From assembly GCA_947632275.1 (NCBI GenBank), contig CANROR010000003.1, forward strand, positions 1-34,845: a stretch of 34,845 nucleotides of DNA, read 5' to 3'. This document shows, one piece after another, positions 17,464 through 26,925 of this stretch (position 1 is its first letter; each line of letters begins with the position of its first letter). The notes under the pieces are model-generated. The model had not been told where the DNA came from and made no database searches. It saw nothing but the letters and a program-made list of their open reading frames with translations. Position numbers and translations under genes: made by a program. The stretch comes from an uncultured Bacilli bacterium. Lineage in GTDB: Bacteria; Bacillota_I; Bacilli_A; RF39; UBA660.

Positions 17464-18168
17464 ATGAAAACGTTATCAGTTTATCGAACAGAAAATAAGT
17501 ATATTATAAATTCTATTCAAATGCAAAATATAAAAGCTAAATTGGATAAAATCTTAAAAAGAGATTTTCATTCCCAAAATGGTAGTTATATGGTTAGAAG
17601 TTTATATTTTGATTCAATTAATAATATTGATTTTCAAACTAAATTAGCCGGCACGGAAATACGAAAAAAAATTAGAATAAGAACATATGATACGCATGCT
17701 AATAAATGCAAATTAGAAATGAAAGCTAAAAATGGTGATAATCAACATAAAATTAGCTTATGGATTACGAAAGACGATACTTACCAATTAATAAATCGAA
17801 AATTTGATGTTTTAAAAAAATATTTTAATACAAATGAAGCAGCAATAGATATTTACTTAACAATGAGATTAGGTTGCTACATACCGGTTGTAATGGTGGA
17901 ATATGAACGGATTGCGTATACTTATCCTATTAATAATGCGAGAATTACATTTGATTTTAATATAAAAAGTTCTGAAAGTAATTTTGATTTATTTGATTCT
18001 AATATTTTATACAATAATATAATGTTAGAAAATATAGTTTTGGAAGTTAAATATAATGGTAAAAGTATTAGTTTTATAAATAACATTTTAAATAAGTTTA
18101 AAATTGTAAAAACATCAATAAGTAAATATTGTTTAAGTCGATATATATTTTATGATTTTAATTTTTAG
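17464..18168 (+). CDS. VTC-domain (polyphosphate polymerase-like, CYTH/TTM fold) protein
   Basis: RxExKY, VRSLYFDS, RKKIRIRTY, LEMK, VEYERIAY, RITFD, VLEVKY and SISKY motifs. Confidence 0.88.
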   Translation: MKTLSVYRTENKYIINSIQMQNIKAKLDKILKRDFHSQNGSYMVRSLYFDSINNIDFQTKLAGTEIRKKIRIRTYDTHANKCKLEMKAKNGDNQHKISLWITKDDTYQLINRKFDVLKKYFNTNEAAIDIYLTMRLGCYIPVVMVEYERIAYTYPINNARITFDFNIKSSESNFDLFDSNILYNNIMLENIVLEVKYNGKSISFINNILNKFKIVKTSISKYCLSRYIFYDFNF

Positions 18169-18178
18169 GAGGTAAAAA

Positions 18179-18847
18179 ATGACAAAAGAAAAAATATTTA
18201 ATTACTTTTTAACAAATAATGCTAATTTAGGAGTAAAAATGATTGTTTTTACCATGTTAGCAGCATTAGTAATTGCTAGTATAATTTATGTAACTTATTA
18301 TAATACTCATAAAGGTGTTGCTTATAATAAAGGGTTTAATGCTTCATTAATAATTGTTTTATTAATTTCGGTTGTAATAATGCTAATGATAAGTAGCAAT
18401 ATTGTTATTTCTTTAGGGATGGTCGGAGCATTATCAATAGTTCGTTTTCGGACGGCAGTAAAGGATAGTAGAGATACAATTTTTATATTTTGGTCGATAA
18501 CTGAAGGTTTATGTGTTGGTTCTTTGAATTTTAAATTAGCTTTTATAACGACGTTATTTATTTCCATAATTTTATTAATTCTTACTAATTTGCCAAAATT
18601 AAATTGTAAATATTTACTTGTAATTACGGGAAATAATATTGATAATTTGGCAATCGAAAAAATCTTAAATACGTATTCAACACATAATAAGATAAGATCA
18701 AATAATAAGAATGAAGAAAGTCAAGAAATAATATATGAAATAAGAACTAAAAAAGAATTAGATGCTAATATAGTAAACGAATTAGTAAAAACAAAAGGAA
18801 TTGAAACTGTAAATTATGTTATTGAATCTAGCGAAACAGTTGGTTAA
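18179..18847 (+). CDS. DUF4956 membrane protein
   Basis: ISLGMVGALSIVRFRTAVKD..D..FIFWS signature, 4-5 TM helices and a small soluble C-terminal domain. Confidence 0.88.
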   Translation: MTKEKIFNYFLTNNANLGVKMIVFTMLAALVIASIIYVTYYNTHKGVAYNKGFNASLIIVLLISVVIMLMISSNIVISLGMVGALSIVRFRTAVKDSRDTIFIFWSITEGLCVGSLNFKLAFITTLFISIILLILTNLPKLNCKYLLVITGNNIDNLAIEKILNTYSTHNKIRSNNKNEESQEIIYEIRTKKELDANIVNELVKTKGIETVNYVIESSETVG

Positions 18848-18849
18848 TT

Positions 18850-21063
18850 ATGAAAACTAAATTTTTAAAATGGCAATTAGTTATTACAATTGGTATTTTT
18901 CTTATAGTAATATTTTCTTTTTATTATTTTGAAAATAAAAATTTAAAAGCATACCCGGATGATGTTTTATCGTTTAATATTAATAGTGGTTTTTATGATA
19001 AAGAAATTGATATCGAAATTAAAAAATCATTTTCTTTGCCATTTGGAACCAAATTATATTACACCTTAGATGGGAATGATCCCTCAAATGAAAGCAATTT
19101 ATATACAGGTAAAATTTCTTTATCCCTTGATGAAAAAAATTTAAAAGTTTATCCTTTAAAAGTTGTTGCATATTATAAAGGCAATTATAGTGAAATTTAT
19201 AATGAAACTTACATATTGGATAAAGAAATAAAAGAAAATGATATAACACTTATAAGTATTACCTCGGATGAAAAAAATTTATATGATTATGATAAAGGTA
19301 TTTTAGTTAAAGGAGCAAATGATAACTATTATCAACGAAGTGATGATTGGCTAAGGGATGCCCATATTGCCATTTTTAGTGAAAAAGGCGAAAATTTATT
19401 ATCCCAAAATATATTGTTGGGAGTATCAGGGGGAAGTAATTCTTCTGAAAATCCCAAATCATTTAAAATAAAGGCCATAAATGAGGAAAAATTAAATTTA
19501 AATTTTTATGATGAAGATTATAAAGCGTCTTTTTCCTTAATAAATAATTATAATAGTTTAAGATTAAGATCAGGATCTCAAGATTTAAAAACTGGAAATA
19601 TCCGTTCAGGAATAATTAGCCAACTTGCTAGTGATAGTAATTTTGACGGTGCTTCAATTTCTAAAAGAGCAGTAGTATTTCTTAACGGTGAGTTTTATGG
19701 TATTCACGATATAGAACAAAATTATTCAAATTCTTTTTTAGCTAAAAAATATTCTTTACCAAATTCTGATTTAATTGAAAAATATAAGGGTAAGGATATT
19801 ACAACGACAGTTGACGCTAAAATAATTCAATATTTTTATCAAGATTTAAATATGGAACAAAATCGACAAGAATTAGAAAAATATGTGGATATGGATAGTT
19901 ATTTATTTTATTATGCTATTGAAATTTTAGCTAATAATATTGATTGGCCAAATAATAATTTTGAAATATGGCGTTACACCGGTGAGTACAATCCAAATAA
20001 TAAATATACGGACGGAAGATATAGATTTTTAATTTATGATGTTGATGCCATTTTTTCTGGAGATATCCATATTGGCGATTTAGGGGATGATTATCGTGAT
20101 GTATTAATGTTAATTATGAATAATATGTACAATCAACAAAATACATCATTTGTTCAAGTAATGAAATCAACTTATTATCGAAATAAATTTGTTAGAATTG
20201 TAGAAGATTTATTAAATACATCTTTTTCTAGAGAAAATATGCTAAAAATTGCTGATGAAGAAGCTAATAAAATTAATAAAGCAGTTTCAACTTATTACAC
20301 GAAAGAAGAAAAAAATAATTTTTTATATCATGTTGAGTATATAAAAGAAAATATGGAAAATCGGAAAAAAGAAATTGAAAATGACTTTAATCAATTATTT
20401 GCTTTAAAAGAAAAACATAAAATAAATATTGCTTCTACCACTGGGATGAAAATTTATTGGAATAATGTGGAATTATTGCAAAATGAACAATATGAAAATG
20501 AATATTATACCGATATTAAATTGGATTTTCATTACGAAGAATACCCAGGGTATAAATTTCAATATTGGCTTGTAAATGGTAAAAAAATATATGATAAAGA
20601 TTTAATTATTGACAACAATTATAAAAATAAAAATGTGGAAATTAAAATTGTAACGGAATATGTACCAGATATAAATCATTTAATAATTAGTGAAATTTAT
20701 TCTAATGGAAGCTATGATTGGATAAAAATTACTAATACGGGAAAAAATGAGATTAATTTAAAAAATTATTTTCTTTCGGATAATATAAATAAATTAGATA
20801 AATATCGGTTACCAGATGTAATTTTAAAAAGTAATCAAAGTATAATTATAAATGGTAGCAAAAATTATTATGCGTTAGGAGATTATATTTCAAATTTTAA
20901 TTTAAAAGAATATGAATATCTTTATTTGACTTATAATGATCAAATATGCGATAGTTTACAAGTGCCAAGAACATCAAGTATCGAAACATATGGTCGAGTT
21001 GATAATAGTAATACTTTTAAATTTTTCATAAATTATAATAATTTACGAAAAAATAATACGTAA
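18850..21063 (+). CDS. CotH-family kinase with N-terminal membrane anchor, Fn3-like domain and C-terminal lamin-tail-like domain
   Basis: N-terminal TM helix, SGFY...YYTLDGNDPS, VFLNGEFYGI, DWPNNN, RYRFLIYDVD; C-terminal LIISEIYS..DWIKITN....INLKNYFLSD. Confidence 0.85.
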   Translation: MKTKFLKWQLVITIGIFLIVIFSFYYFENKNLKAYPDDVLSFNINSGFYDKEIDIEIKKSFSLPFGTKLYYTLDGNDPSNESNLYTGKISLSLDEKNLKVYPLKVVAYYKGNYSEIYNETYILDKEIKENDITLISITSDEKNLYDYDKGILVKGANDNYYQRSDDWLRDAHIAIFSEKGENLLSQNILLGVSGGSNSSENPKSFKIKAINEEKLNLNFYDEDYKASFSLINNYNSLRLRSGSQDLKTGNIRSGIISQLASDSNFDGASISKRAVVFLNGEFYGIHDIEQNYSNSFLAKKYSLPNSDLIEKYKGKDITTTVDAKIIQYFYQDLNMEQNRQELEKYVDMDSYLFYYAIEILANNIDWPNNNFEIWRYTGEYNPNNKYTDGRYRFLIYDVDAIFSGDIHIGDLGDDYRDVLMLIMNNMYNQQNTSFVQVMKSTYYRNKFVRIVEDLLNTSFSRENMLKIADEEANKINKAVSTYYTKEEKNNFLYHVEYIKENMENRKKEIENDFNQLFALKEKHKINIASTTGMKIYWNNVELLQNEQYENEYYTDIKLDFHYEEYPGYKFQYWLVNGKKIYDKDLIIDNNYKNKNVEIKIVTEYVPDINHLIISEIYSNGSYDWIKITNTGKNEINLKNYFLSDNINKLDKYRLPDVILKSNQSIIINGSKNYYALGDYISNFNLKEYEYLYLTYNDQICDSLQVPRTSSIETYGRVDNSNTFKFFINYNNLRKNNT

Positions 21064-21086
21064 TTAAACAAAATAATTCGCTAAAT

Positions 21087-21115
21087 TTGCATTTTTGGCA
21101 TATATATGCTATAAT
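21087..21115 (+). promoter_or_regulatory. SigA promoter of the acetyltransferase gene
   Basis: TTGCAT-17 bp-TATAAT with extended -10 TG; spacer contains the palindrome GCATATATATGC. Confidence 0.7.
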
Positions 21116-21158
21116 TAAGACACATCAGGGGAAATTACTAATTTAGAAGGGGGAAATT

Positions 21159-21881
21159 ATGGAAAATATTATTAAAGGAAAAAATGTAATTGTTCATCCT
21201 ACGGCAATTATTTATCCTAATGTCATTTTACATGATAACGTTTTTATAGGGCCATACTGTATTATTGGCGAACCAACTTCGGATTACTATAAAGATCCTG
21301 ATAATCATGTATTTAAAACGACGGAAATTGGGGAAAATTCAATTATTAGATCAAATAGTATAATTTATGAAGATGTGCATATTGGTAATAATTTTCAAAT
21401 GGGACATCATGCAACGATAAGAGAACAAACTGTTATTGGTGATAATTGTTCGCTTGGTACTTTAGGTGATATTCAAGGTAAAGCTAAAATTGGTAATTTT
21501 GTAAGAATGCATTCCAATAGTCATGTTGGTCAATTTACAACTATTAAAGATTATGTATGGATATTTCCATATTCTATCACGATTAATGATAAGTATCCAC
21601 CAATGGATAAGTTAGTTGGTTGTACGATTGAAGAATATGCGCTTATAACAACCGGTTCAATAATTATGCCGGGGGTAAAAGTTGGTAAAAATGCCCTGGT
21701 AGCGCCTGGTTGTGTAGTGACCAAAGATGTTAAAGATGAAATGGTAGTAATGGGCGTACCAGCCAAAGAAAAATGTTCGATAAGAGATATTCGGGATGAA
21801 GAAGGAAATCCAGTTTATCCTTGGAAAGATTATTTAAAAGAAGATCGCGGATATCCTTGGCAAAGAAAAAGAACTAAATAA
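21159..21881 (+). CDS. Hexapeptide-repeat (LbH) N-acyltransferase, probably for a nucleotide amino sugar
   Basis: Extensive [IV]GxNxxI repeats, INDKYP, VVTKDV and GVPAK motifs. Confidence 0.82.
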   Translation: MENIIKGKNVIVHPTAIIYPNVILHDNVFIGPYCIIGEPTSDYYKDPDNHVFKTTEIGENSIIRSNSIIYEDVHIGNNFQMGHHATIREQTVIGDNCSLGTLGDIQGKAKIGNFVRMHSNSHVGQFTTIKDYVWIFPYSITINDKYPPMDKLVGCTIEEYALITTGSIIMPGVKVGKNALVAPGCVVTKDVKDEMVVMGVPAKEKCSIRDIRDEEGNPVYPWKDYLKEDRGYPWQRKRTK

Positions 21882-21884
21882 AGT

Positions 21885-21908
21885 GAGGAACAGTATTTGT
21901 TCCTTTTT
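21885..21908 (+). terminator. Intrinsic terminator
   Basis: AGGAACA-GTATT-TGTTCCT stem followed by a T-run. Confidence 0.7.
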
Positions 21909-21990
21909 GTTTGTTAAAAATTGAGAAATTTGTTATACTAGTAATGCTAAAAATAATTTGTTATAATTAAAGTAGTTGAGGTGAATTAAT

Positions 21991-22785
21991 TTGAAAACAT
22001 TTATGAATAATATAATGTATAGTTTGCAAAAATATAAATTTTTGATGTCGCAATTAGTTAGTCGAGATTTTAAAGTTAAGTATAAAAGAAGCGTTTTAGG
22101 GATTGTTTGGAGTTTACTGTATCCGGTTTTAACTATGGCTGTTATGGCTTTAGTATTTACCAATATGTTTAAAATGAGTATGCCTGGCGTTAATTATTTG
22201 GTATATTTAATGAGTGGTTTGGTTCTATTTAACTATTTTAGTGAAGCATCAAATCTTGCTATGAGTAGTGTGGTAGGCAATTTTAGCTTACTTAATAAAG
22301 TTTATATTCCTAAATATATTTTTCCACTTTCTAAATGTCTATTTGTAGGAATTAACTTTTTGCTTACTTTAATTCCTTTATATGCAATTATTCTTTTAAC
22401 GGGAACTGGATTAAACTGGTATCATTTATTACTTCCATTTGCCTTTATTTGTTTATTTTTATTTACTTTAGGAATGGGTTTTATTTTATCGACGATTTCC
22501 GTATTTTTAAGAGATATGTTTTATATATATGGCGTTGTTTTAACTTTATGGACATATATGACACCAATTATGTATGATTTTGCCATGATTCCTACCCAAC
22601 TTCAATTTATTTTTAAATTAAATCCATTATTTTGGATTCTATATTTTGTTCGGGATATTATTATTTATCATCAAGTTCCGGGAATTAATGTTTGGATATA
22701 TTGTTTATTATTTGCTTTTGGCTTCCTTTTTATTGGAATGTTTGTATTTAAGAAAAATCAAGATAAATTTATTTATTATGTATAG
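21991..22785 (+). CDS. wzm: ABC-2 polysaccharide export permease
   Basis: RDFKVKYKRSVLGIVWSLLYP, TPIMY and LNP motifs; SD GAGGTG before TTG. Confidence 0.92.
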   Translation: MKTFMNNIMYSLQKYKFLMSQLVSRDFKVKYKRSVLGIVWSLLYPVLTMAVMALVFTNMFKMSMPGVNYLVYLMSGLVLFNYFSEASNLAMSSVVGNFSLLNKVYIPKYIFPLSKCLFVGINFLLTLIPLYAIILLTGTGLNWYHLLLPFAFICLFLFTLGMGFILSTISVFLRDMFYIYGVVLTLWTYMTPIMYDFAMIPTQLQFIFKLNPLFWILYFVRDIIIYHQVPGINVWIYCLLFAFGFLFIGMFVFKKNQDKFIYYV

Positions 22786-22793
22786 GTGATAAA

Positions 22794-23573
22794 ATGAAAA
22801 AGACGAAAAAAGATGTAATGATTAAAGTTGATAATGTTTCTATGCGATTCAATTTAGGAATTGATAAAGGATTTTCTTTAAAGCAAGGCTTTGTTAATAT
22901 GTTAGATCCTAAAAAAAGAAAAGCCCAAAAAGAAGCTAAAGATAAAAATGAATTTTGGGCTTTAAAAGATGTAAGCTTCGAAGTAAATCGCGGTGAAGTC
23001 ATTGGTTTTATCGGTTCCAATGGGGCAGGAAAATCAACCCTTTTAAAAGTAGTTGCGGGCGTTATGAAACCTACCAAAGGGAAAGTGGAAGCGTATGGTA
23101 ATATTTGCCCTATGATTGAACTGGGGGCCGGTTTTGATTCACAACTTACGGCTCGGGAAAATATTTATTTAAATGGAGCAGTTTTAGGTTATCCTAAAGA
23201 ATTAATTGAGGCTAAATTTCAAGAAATTGTTGATTTTTCCGAATTACATGACTTTTTAGATGTCCCTGTCCAAAACTTTTCTTCTGGGATGGTGGCAAGA
23301 TTAGCTTTTAGTATTGCTACCATTGTCGAACCCGAAATTTTAATTGTTGATGAAATTTTAGCAGTAGGTGACATGGCTTTTCAAAAAAAGAGTTTAAATA
23401 AAATGATGAGTATGATAAAAGGCGGAACAACAGTCCTATACGTTTCTCATTCAATTGATCAAGTAAAAAGCTTATGCGATAAAGCCGTATGGTTAGAACA
23501 TGGGGTTGTTCAAGATGCTGGTGATTGCGAAAAAATTTGTAAAAAATATGAGGATTTTGTTAATAATAGATAG
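22794..23573 (+). CDS. wzt: ABC polysaccharide export ATP-binding protein without C-terminal carbohydrate-binding domain
   Basis: FWALKDVSF, GSNGAGKST, FSSGM signature, ILIVDE and VSH motifs; 259 aa. Confidence 0.93.
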   Translation: MKKTKKDVMIKVDNVSMRFNLGIDKGFSLKQGFVNMLDPKKRKAQKEAKDKNEFWALKDVSFEVNRGEVIGFIGSNGAGKSTLLKVVAGVMKPTKGKVEAYGNICPMIELGAGFDSQLTARENIYLNGAVLGYPKELIEAKFQEIVDFSELHDFLDVPVQNFSSGMVARLAFSIATIVEPEILIVDEILAVGDMAFQKKSLNKMMSMIKGGTTVLYVSHSIDQVKSLCDKAVWLEHGVVQDAGDCEKICKKYEDFVNNR

Positions 23574-23584
23574 GTTGTGAAGAA

Positions 23585-24649
23585 TTGAAAAAAATAATTT
23601 TCTTTAGCAAAAATATGCAAATTGGCGGAATGGAAAAAGCCTTATTAAATTTACTTAATGCTTTAGTAAATTATTTTGATGTTACCTTAGTTTTGGAAGA
23701 AAATAAAGGCGAATTATTACCATATTTAAATAAAAAAATTCATGTTCAAGAGTATAGACTATCATATTCTAAATTTTTGTTATGGAAAAAAGGTTATAAC
23801 TATCTTAAAAGAAAAATTTGGACCTTAAAAAATAAAAACAAATATGATTTTGCGTGTAATTATGCTACGTATTCTATTATTGGTTCGTATCAAGCTTTAC
23901 AAGCATCACGAAATAATATGTTATACGTTCATAGTGATTACTATAATGTTTATAATAAAGATAAAACATTAATTAAAAATTTTTTTAATAGTGTTAAAAT
24001 GGAAGAGTTTAAAACTGTTGCTTTTGTTTCCAATGAAGCTCGGGATAATATATTAAAAATATATCCGCATAAAAAAAATAATTTTGTAGTGATTAATAAT
24101 TTATTTGATTATAAAACTTTAAAGAAAACTAATAAAATAGTAAAAAATAAAAAGAAGACCTTTTTATTTTTGGGAAGATTTGAAGAAGAATCGAAAAAAA
24201 TTTACCGATTGCTTGATGCTTTAAAAATTTGCTTACGGGCAAATTGTGATTATGAATTATGGCTAGTCGGTAGTGGCAAAGATAAAAAAAATTATCAAGA
24301 TTATGTGATAGAAAATAAGTTAGAGGCTAATGTTAAATTTTTTGATGCAACTATAAATATTTCTCCTTTTTTAGAAAAATGTGATATACTGGTACTTGGT
24401 TCGGAATACGAAGGATTTCCGGTTGTCTATCTTGAGGCATTATACTTTAATAAAAAAATTCTTACAACTGTAAAGGTAAGTGATGATTACTTAGATATAA
24501 GTAATTATGCTTTGGTTGTTGCCAAAAATGCTAAAGCTATTGCCAAAGGTATGCAAAGTATAAAGAAAAATAATTGCAATTATGCGATAGATTTTGCTAA
24601 ATACAACAAAAGTATTTTAGAAAAACTAAAAACAATTATTTATAATTAA
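23585..24649 (+). CDS. GT4-family glycosyltransferase
   Basis: IGGMEKAL, LGRF..K and SEYEGFPVVYLEA motifs. Confidence 0.88.
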   Translation: MKKIIFFSKNMQIGGMEKALLNLLNALVNYFDVTLVLEENKGELLPYLNKKIHVQEYRLSYSKFLLWKKGYNYLKRKIWTLKNKNKYDFACNYATYSIIGSYQALQASRNNMLYVHSDYYNVYNKDKTLIKNFFNSVKMEEFKTVAFVSNEARDNILKIYPHKKNNFVVINNLFDYKTLKKTNKIVKNKKKTFLFLGRFEEESKKIYRLLDALKICLRANCDYELWLVGSGKDKKNYQDYVIENKLEANVKFFDATINISPFLEKCDILVLGSEYEGFPVVYLEALYFNKKILTTVKVSDDYLDISNYALVVAKNAKAIAKGMQSIKKNNCNYAIDFAKYNKSILEKLKTIIYN

Positions 24650-24662
24650 AGTGGTGAGCGTT

Positions 24663-25853
24663 ATGAAAAATGAATTATTTACAATTATTCTATTATATTA
24701 CAAACAACCCAAACTGATTTATGAAGCTTTGGATTCCGTGTTAAAGCAAGACTATAAAAATATTGAGTTAATTATTACAGATGACGGATCAGCATTAAAT
24801 ACTACTAAAATAAAAAAATATATTGATAAAAATAACAGTGGTAATATAACAAATTTACGATTTGTAATAAACGAAAAAAATATTGGTACAGTTAAAACAT
24901 CTAATAAAGCTTTAAGAATTGCTAAAGGTAGTTATATTTTAATTTTTGCGGCCGATGATGCTCTTTATAGTAAAACTGTTATTTCTAATTTTGTTTCTAA
25001 TTTTAAAAATAACTCTAACGATTTTATCCTTACTGCTCAAGCTATAATGTATAATCAAACATTAACGAAATCTTATGGCAAATATGTTAACGTTAAAAAA
25101 GCTTATCATAATAATTATTTAAGCGCAAAAAATCAATACCTGGCGATGTGTGATAATTGTATTTATGGAGCCGGGGCTACCGCATATCGTAAAGAAGTTT
25201 TTGAAAATCTTAATTATTTCAATGAAGATTACTTTTTAGTGGAGGATTGGAGCTTTTGGTTAAGAGCAACGAGATGTGGATATAAGATTAAGTTTATTAA
25301 TTTTATTGCGTTAAAGCATCGTGATGGGGGTGTAAGTAAAAGTGAAAATCAGCACCGAAAAAAATCAATGACGGTTTGTCGTTACTATTATGATTTGGCT
25401 TTAATAAATGTAAATGAAATTTTACCGTATTTAAATCATTTTCATATAATAAGAAATATAAATGTATTAAAAAAATATAATAGCATTATATATTTTTTAA
25501 ATTGTAATGTGAAAGATATGGTAACGTCTAAAATTTATTCTCGCAAATTATATTATCAAATTCCCGAATATTTTATATATAAAGTGTTAATAAAAATAAA
25601 AGCTTTAGTTTTAAAAATACTAAGAAAAATAAAAAGATTATTAATTATTTCACTAAAACTTATAAAAAAAATAATAAAAGGAATATTAAAAAATAGTATT
25701 TGGTTATTATTAAATTTTATAGTTCTAGCTATTAAAGATAATTATTTAAAAATATTTATTATTATTTTAAATTTTTATTTAAGTTTATTGATTAAATATT
25801 ATTTGCTAGCAATTGTATTTAATAAAAAAGTAGAGGTATTATATGAAAAATGA
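24663..25853 (+). CDS. GT2-family glycosyltransferase with hydrophobic C-terminus
   Basis: ELIITDDGS, FAADD and EDW motifs. ATG 24663 chosen by comparison with the paralog. Confidence 0.87.
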   Translation: MKNELFTIILLYYKQPKLIYEALDSVLKQDYKNIELIITDDGSALNTTKIKKYIDKNNSGNITNLRFVINEKNIGTVKTSNKALRIAKGSYILIFAADDALYSKTVISNFVSNFKNNSNDFILTAQAIMYNQTLTKSYGKYVNVKKAYHNNYLSAKNQYLAMCDNCIYGAGATAYRKEVFENLNYFNEDYFLVEDWSFWLRATRCGYKIKFINFIALKHRDGGVSKSENQHRKKSMTVCRYYYDLALINVNEILPYLNHFHIIRNINVLKKYNSIIYFLNCNVKDMVTSKIYSRKLYYQIPEYFIYKVLIKIKALVLKILRKIKRLLIISLKLIKKIIKGILKNSIWLLLNFIVLAIKDNYLKIFIIILNFYLSLLIKYYLLAIVFNKKVEVLYEK

Positions 25854-26925
25854 ATTATTTACCATTATTATTACTAATTATAATCAAGAAAAATATATTT
25901 TTGATGCCATAAATTCTGTATTAGAACAAACTTATTCAAATATTGAGTTAATAATTACGGATGATTGTTCTAAAAAATTTGACCAAGCTAAAATCACTAG
26001 ATATATTGAAGAAAATTCTAATATTAATTTTGAATTTGTGGTTAATGAAGAAAACTTAGGGACAGTAAAAACTTTAAATAAAGCATTAAAAAGAGTTAAA
26101 GGAGAATTTTTTTTATTTTTTGCTGCGGATGATGAATTACAAAATAAAAATGTTGTTAATAACTTCATTAAGGCATTTAAAAAGAATAAGAATGACATAA
26201 TTTCATCGATTTGTCTTTTATGTGATAATAAAATGGAACAAATAATTGATAAATTTCCACATAAAAAAAATATTGAAAAATTTAATCAAAAATCGGCTTT
26301 GAAACAAAATAGAATGCTAAAATTAGGCCCAATCTTTGCTCCTGGAGCTACGGCATATAGATCGAATATTATGAAAAAAATTAATTATTTAGACGAAAAT
26401 TATTTTTTAATAGAAGACTGGCCGACATTTTTAAAATTGACTAGATTAAAAAATAAAATTTATATTGCTAATTTTATTAGCATGAAACATCGGGGTGGCG
26501 GTGTAAGCGAAGAAATGAAATTGGCTAAAGAAACGATTATAAAGATTTTAAAAGATACTGATCGAACATATCGTAAAGAAGTATTTATTTCTTTCAAAAA
26601 ATTAAGTTTAGAAGAAAAATTACAAATTTTAGATCGCTATCAAAGATTTAGTTACGCATATGGTTTTAAATATTGGCCAATTTATTTTAAATATTATTCA
26701 TTAATTTTTACTAATTTAGATGTATTATTACATAAATTATCTTATAGTAAAACAGTAGTTTTTAAAATATTTTTACCCATTGTTTCATGTATGTTAGCCG
26801 GAATTTTATTCTTATTATTAAATAATGTTTATATCTTGATATTTGGAAGCGTTTTAATTTATTTATTTTTAAGAGTTATAATTAGTCAAATTTTTTATAG
26901 GAGGATAAGAAATGAAAAAAAATAA
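25843..26925 (+). CDS. GT2-family glycosyltransferase, paralog of the previous gene
   Basis: ELIITDDCS, FAADD and EDW motifs; two C-terminal TM helices. Confidence 0.88.
   Translation: MKNELFTIIITNYNQEKYIFDAINSVLEQTYSNIELIITDDCSKKFDQAKITRYIEENSNINFEFVVNEENLGTVKTLNKALKRVKGEFFLFFAADDELQNKNVVNNFIKAFKKNKNDIISSICLLCDNKMEQIIDKFPHKKNIEKFNQKSALKQNRMLKLGPIFAPGATAYRSNIMKKINYLDENYFLIEDWPTFLKLTRLKNKIYIANFISMKHRGGGVSEEMKLAKETIIKILKDTDRTYRKEVFISFKKLSLEEKLQILDRYQRFSYAYGFKYWPIYFKYYSLIFTNLDVLLHKLSYSKTVVFKIFLPIVSCMLAGILFLLLNNVYILIFGSVLIYLFLRVIISQIFYRRIRNEKK

Noticed and set aside
21098-21109. Short AT-repeat palindrome in the acetyltransferase promoter spacer as a phase-variable tract
   Set aside because: Only about 4 units, too short for frequent slippage; an operator role is unsupported.
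964-26198. Short antisense ORFs in the track (for example 964-1245, 3481-3813, 4487-4798, 10697-10921, 11069-11404, 19019-19249, 22769-23077, 25932-26198)
   Set aside because: All lie opposite well-supported genes and have no recognisable motifs.
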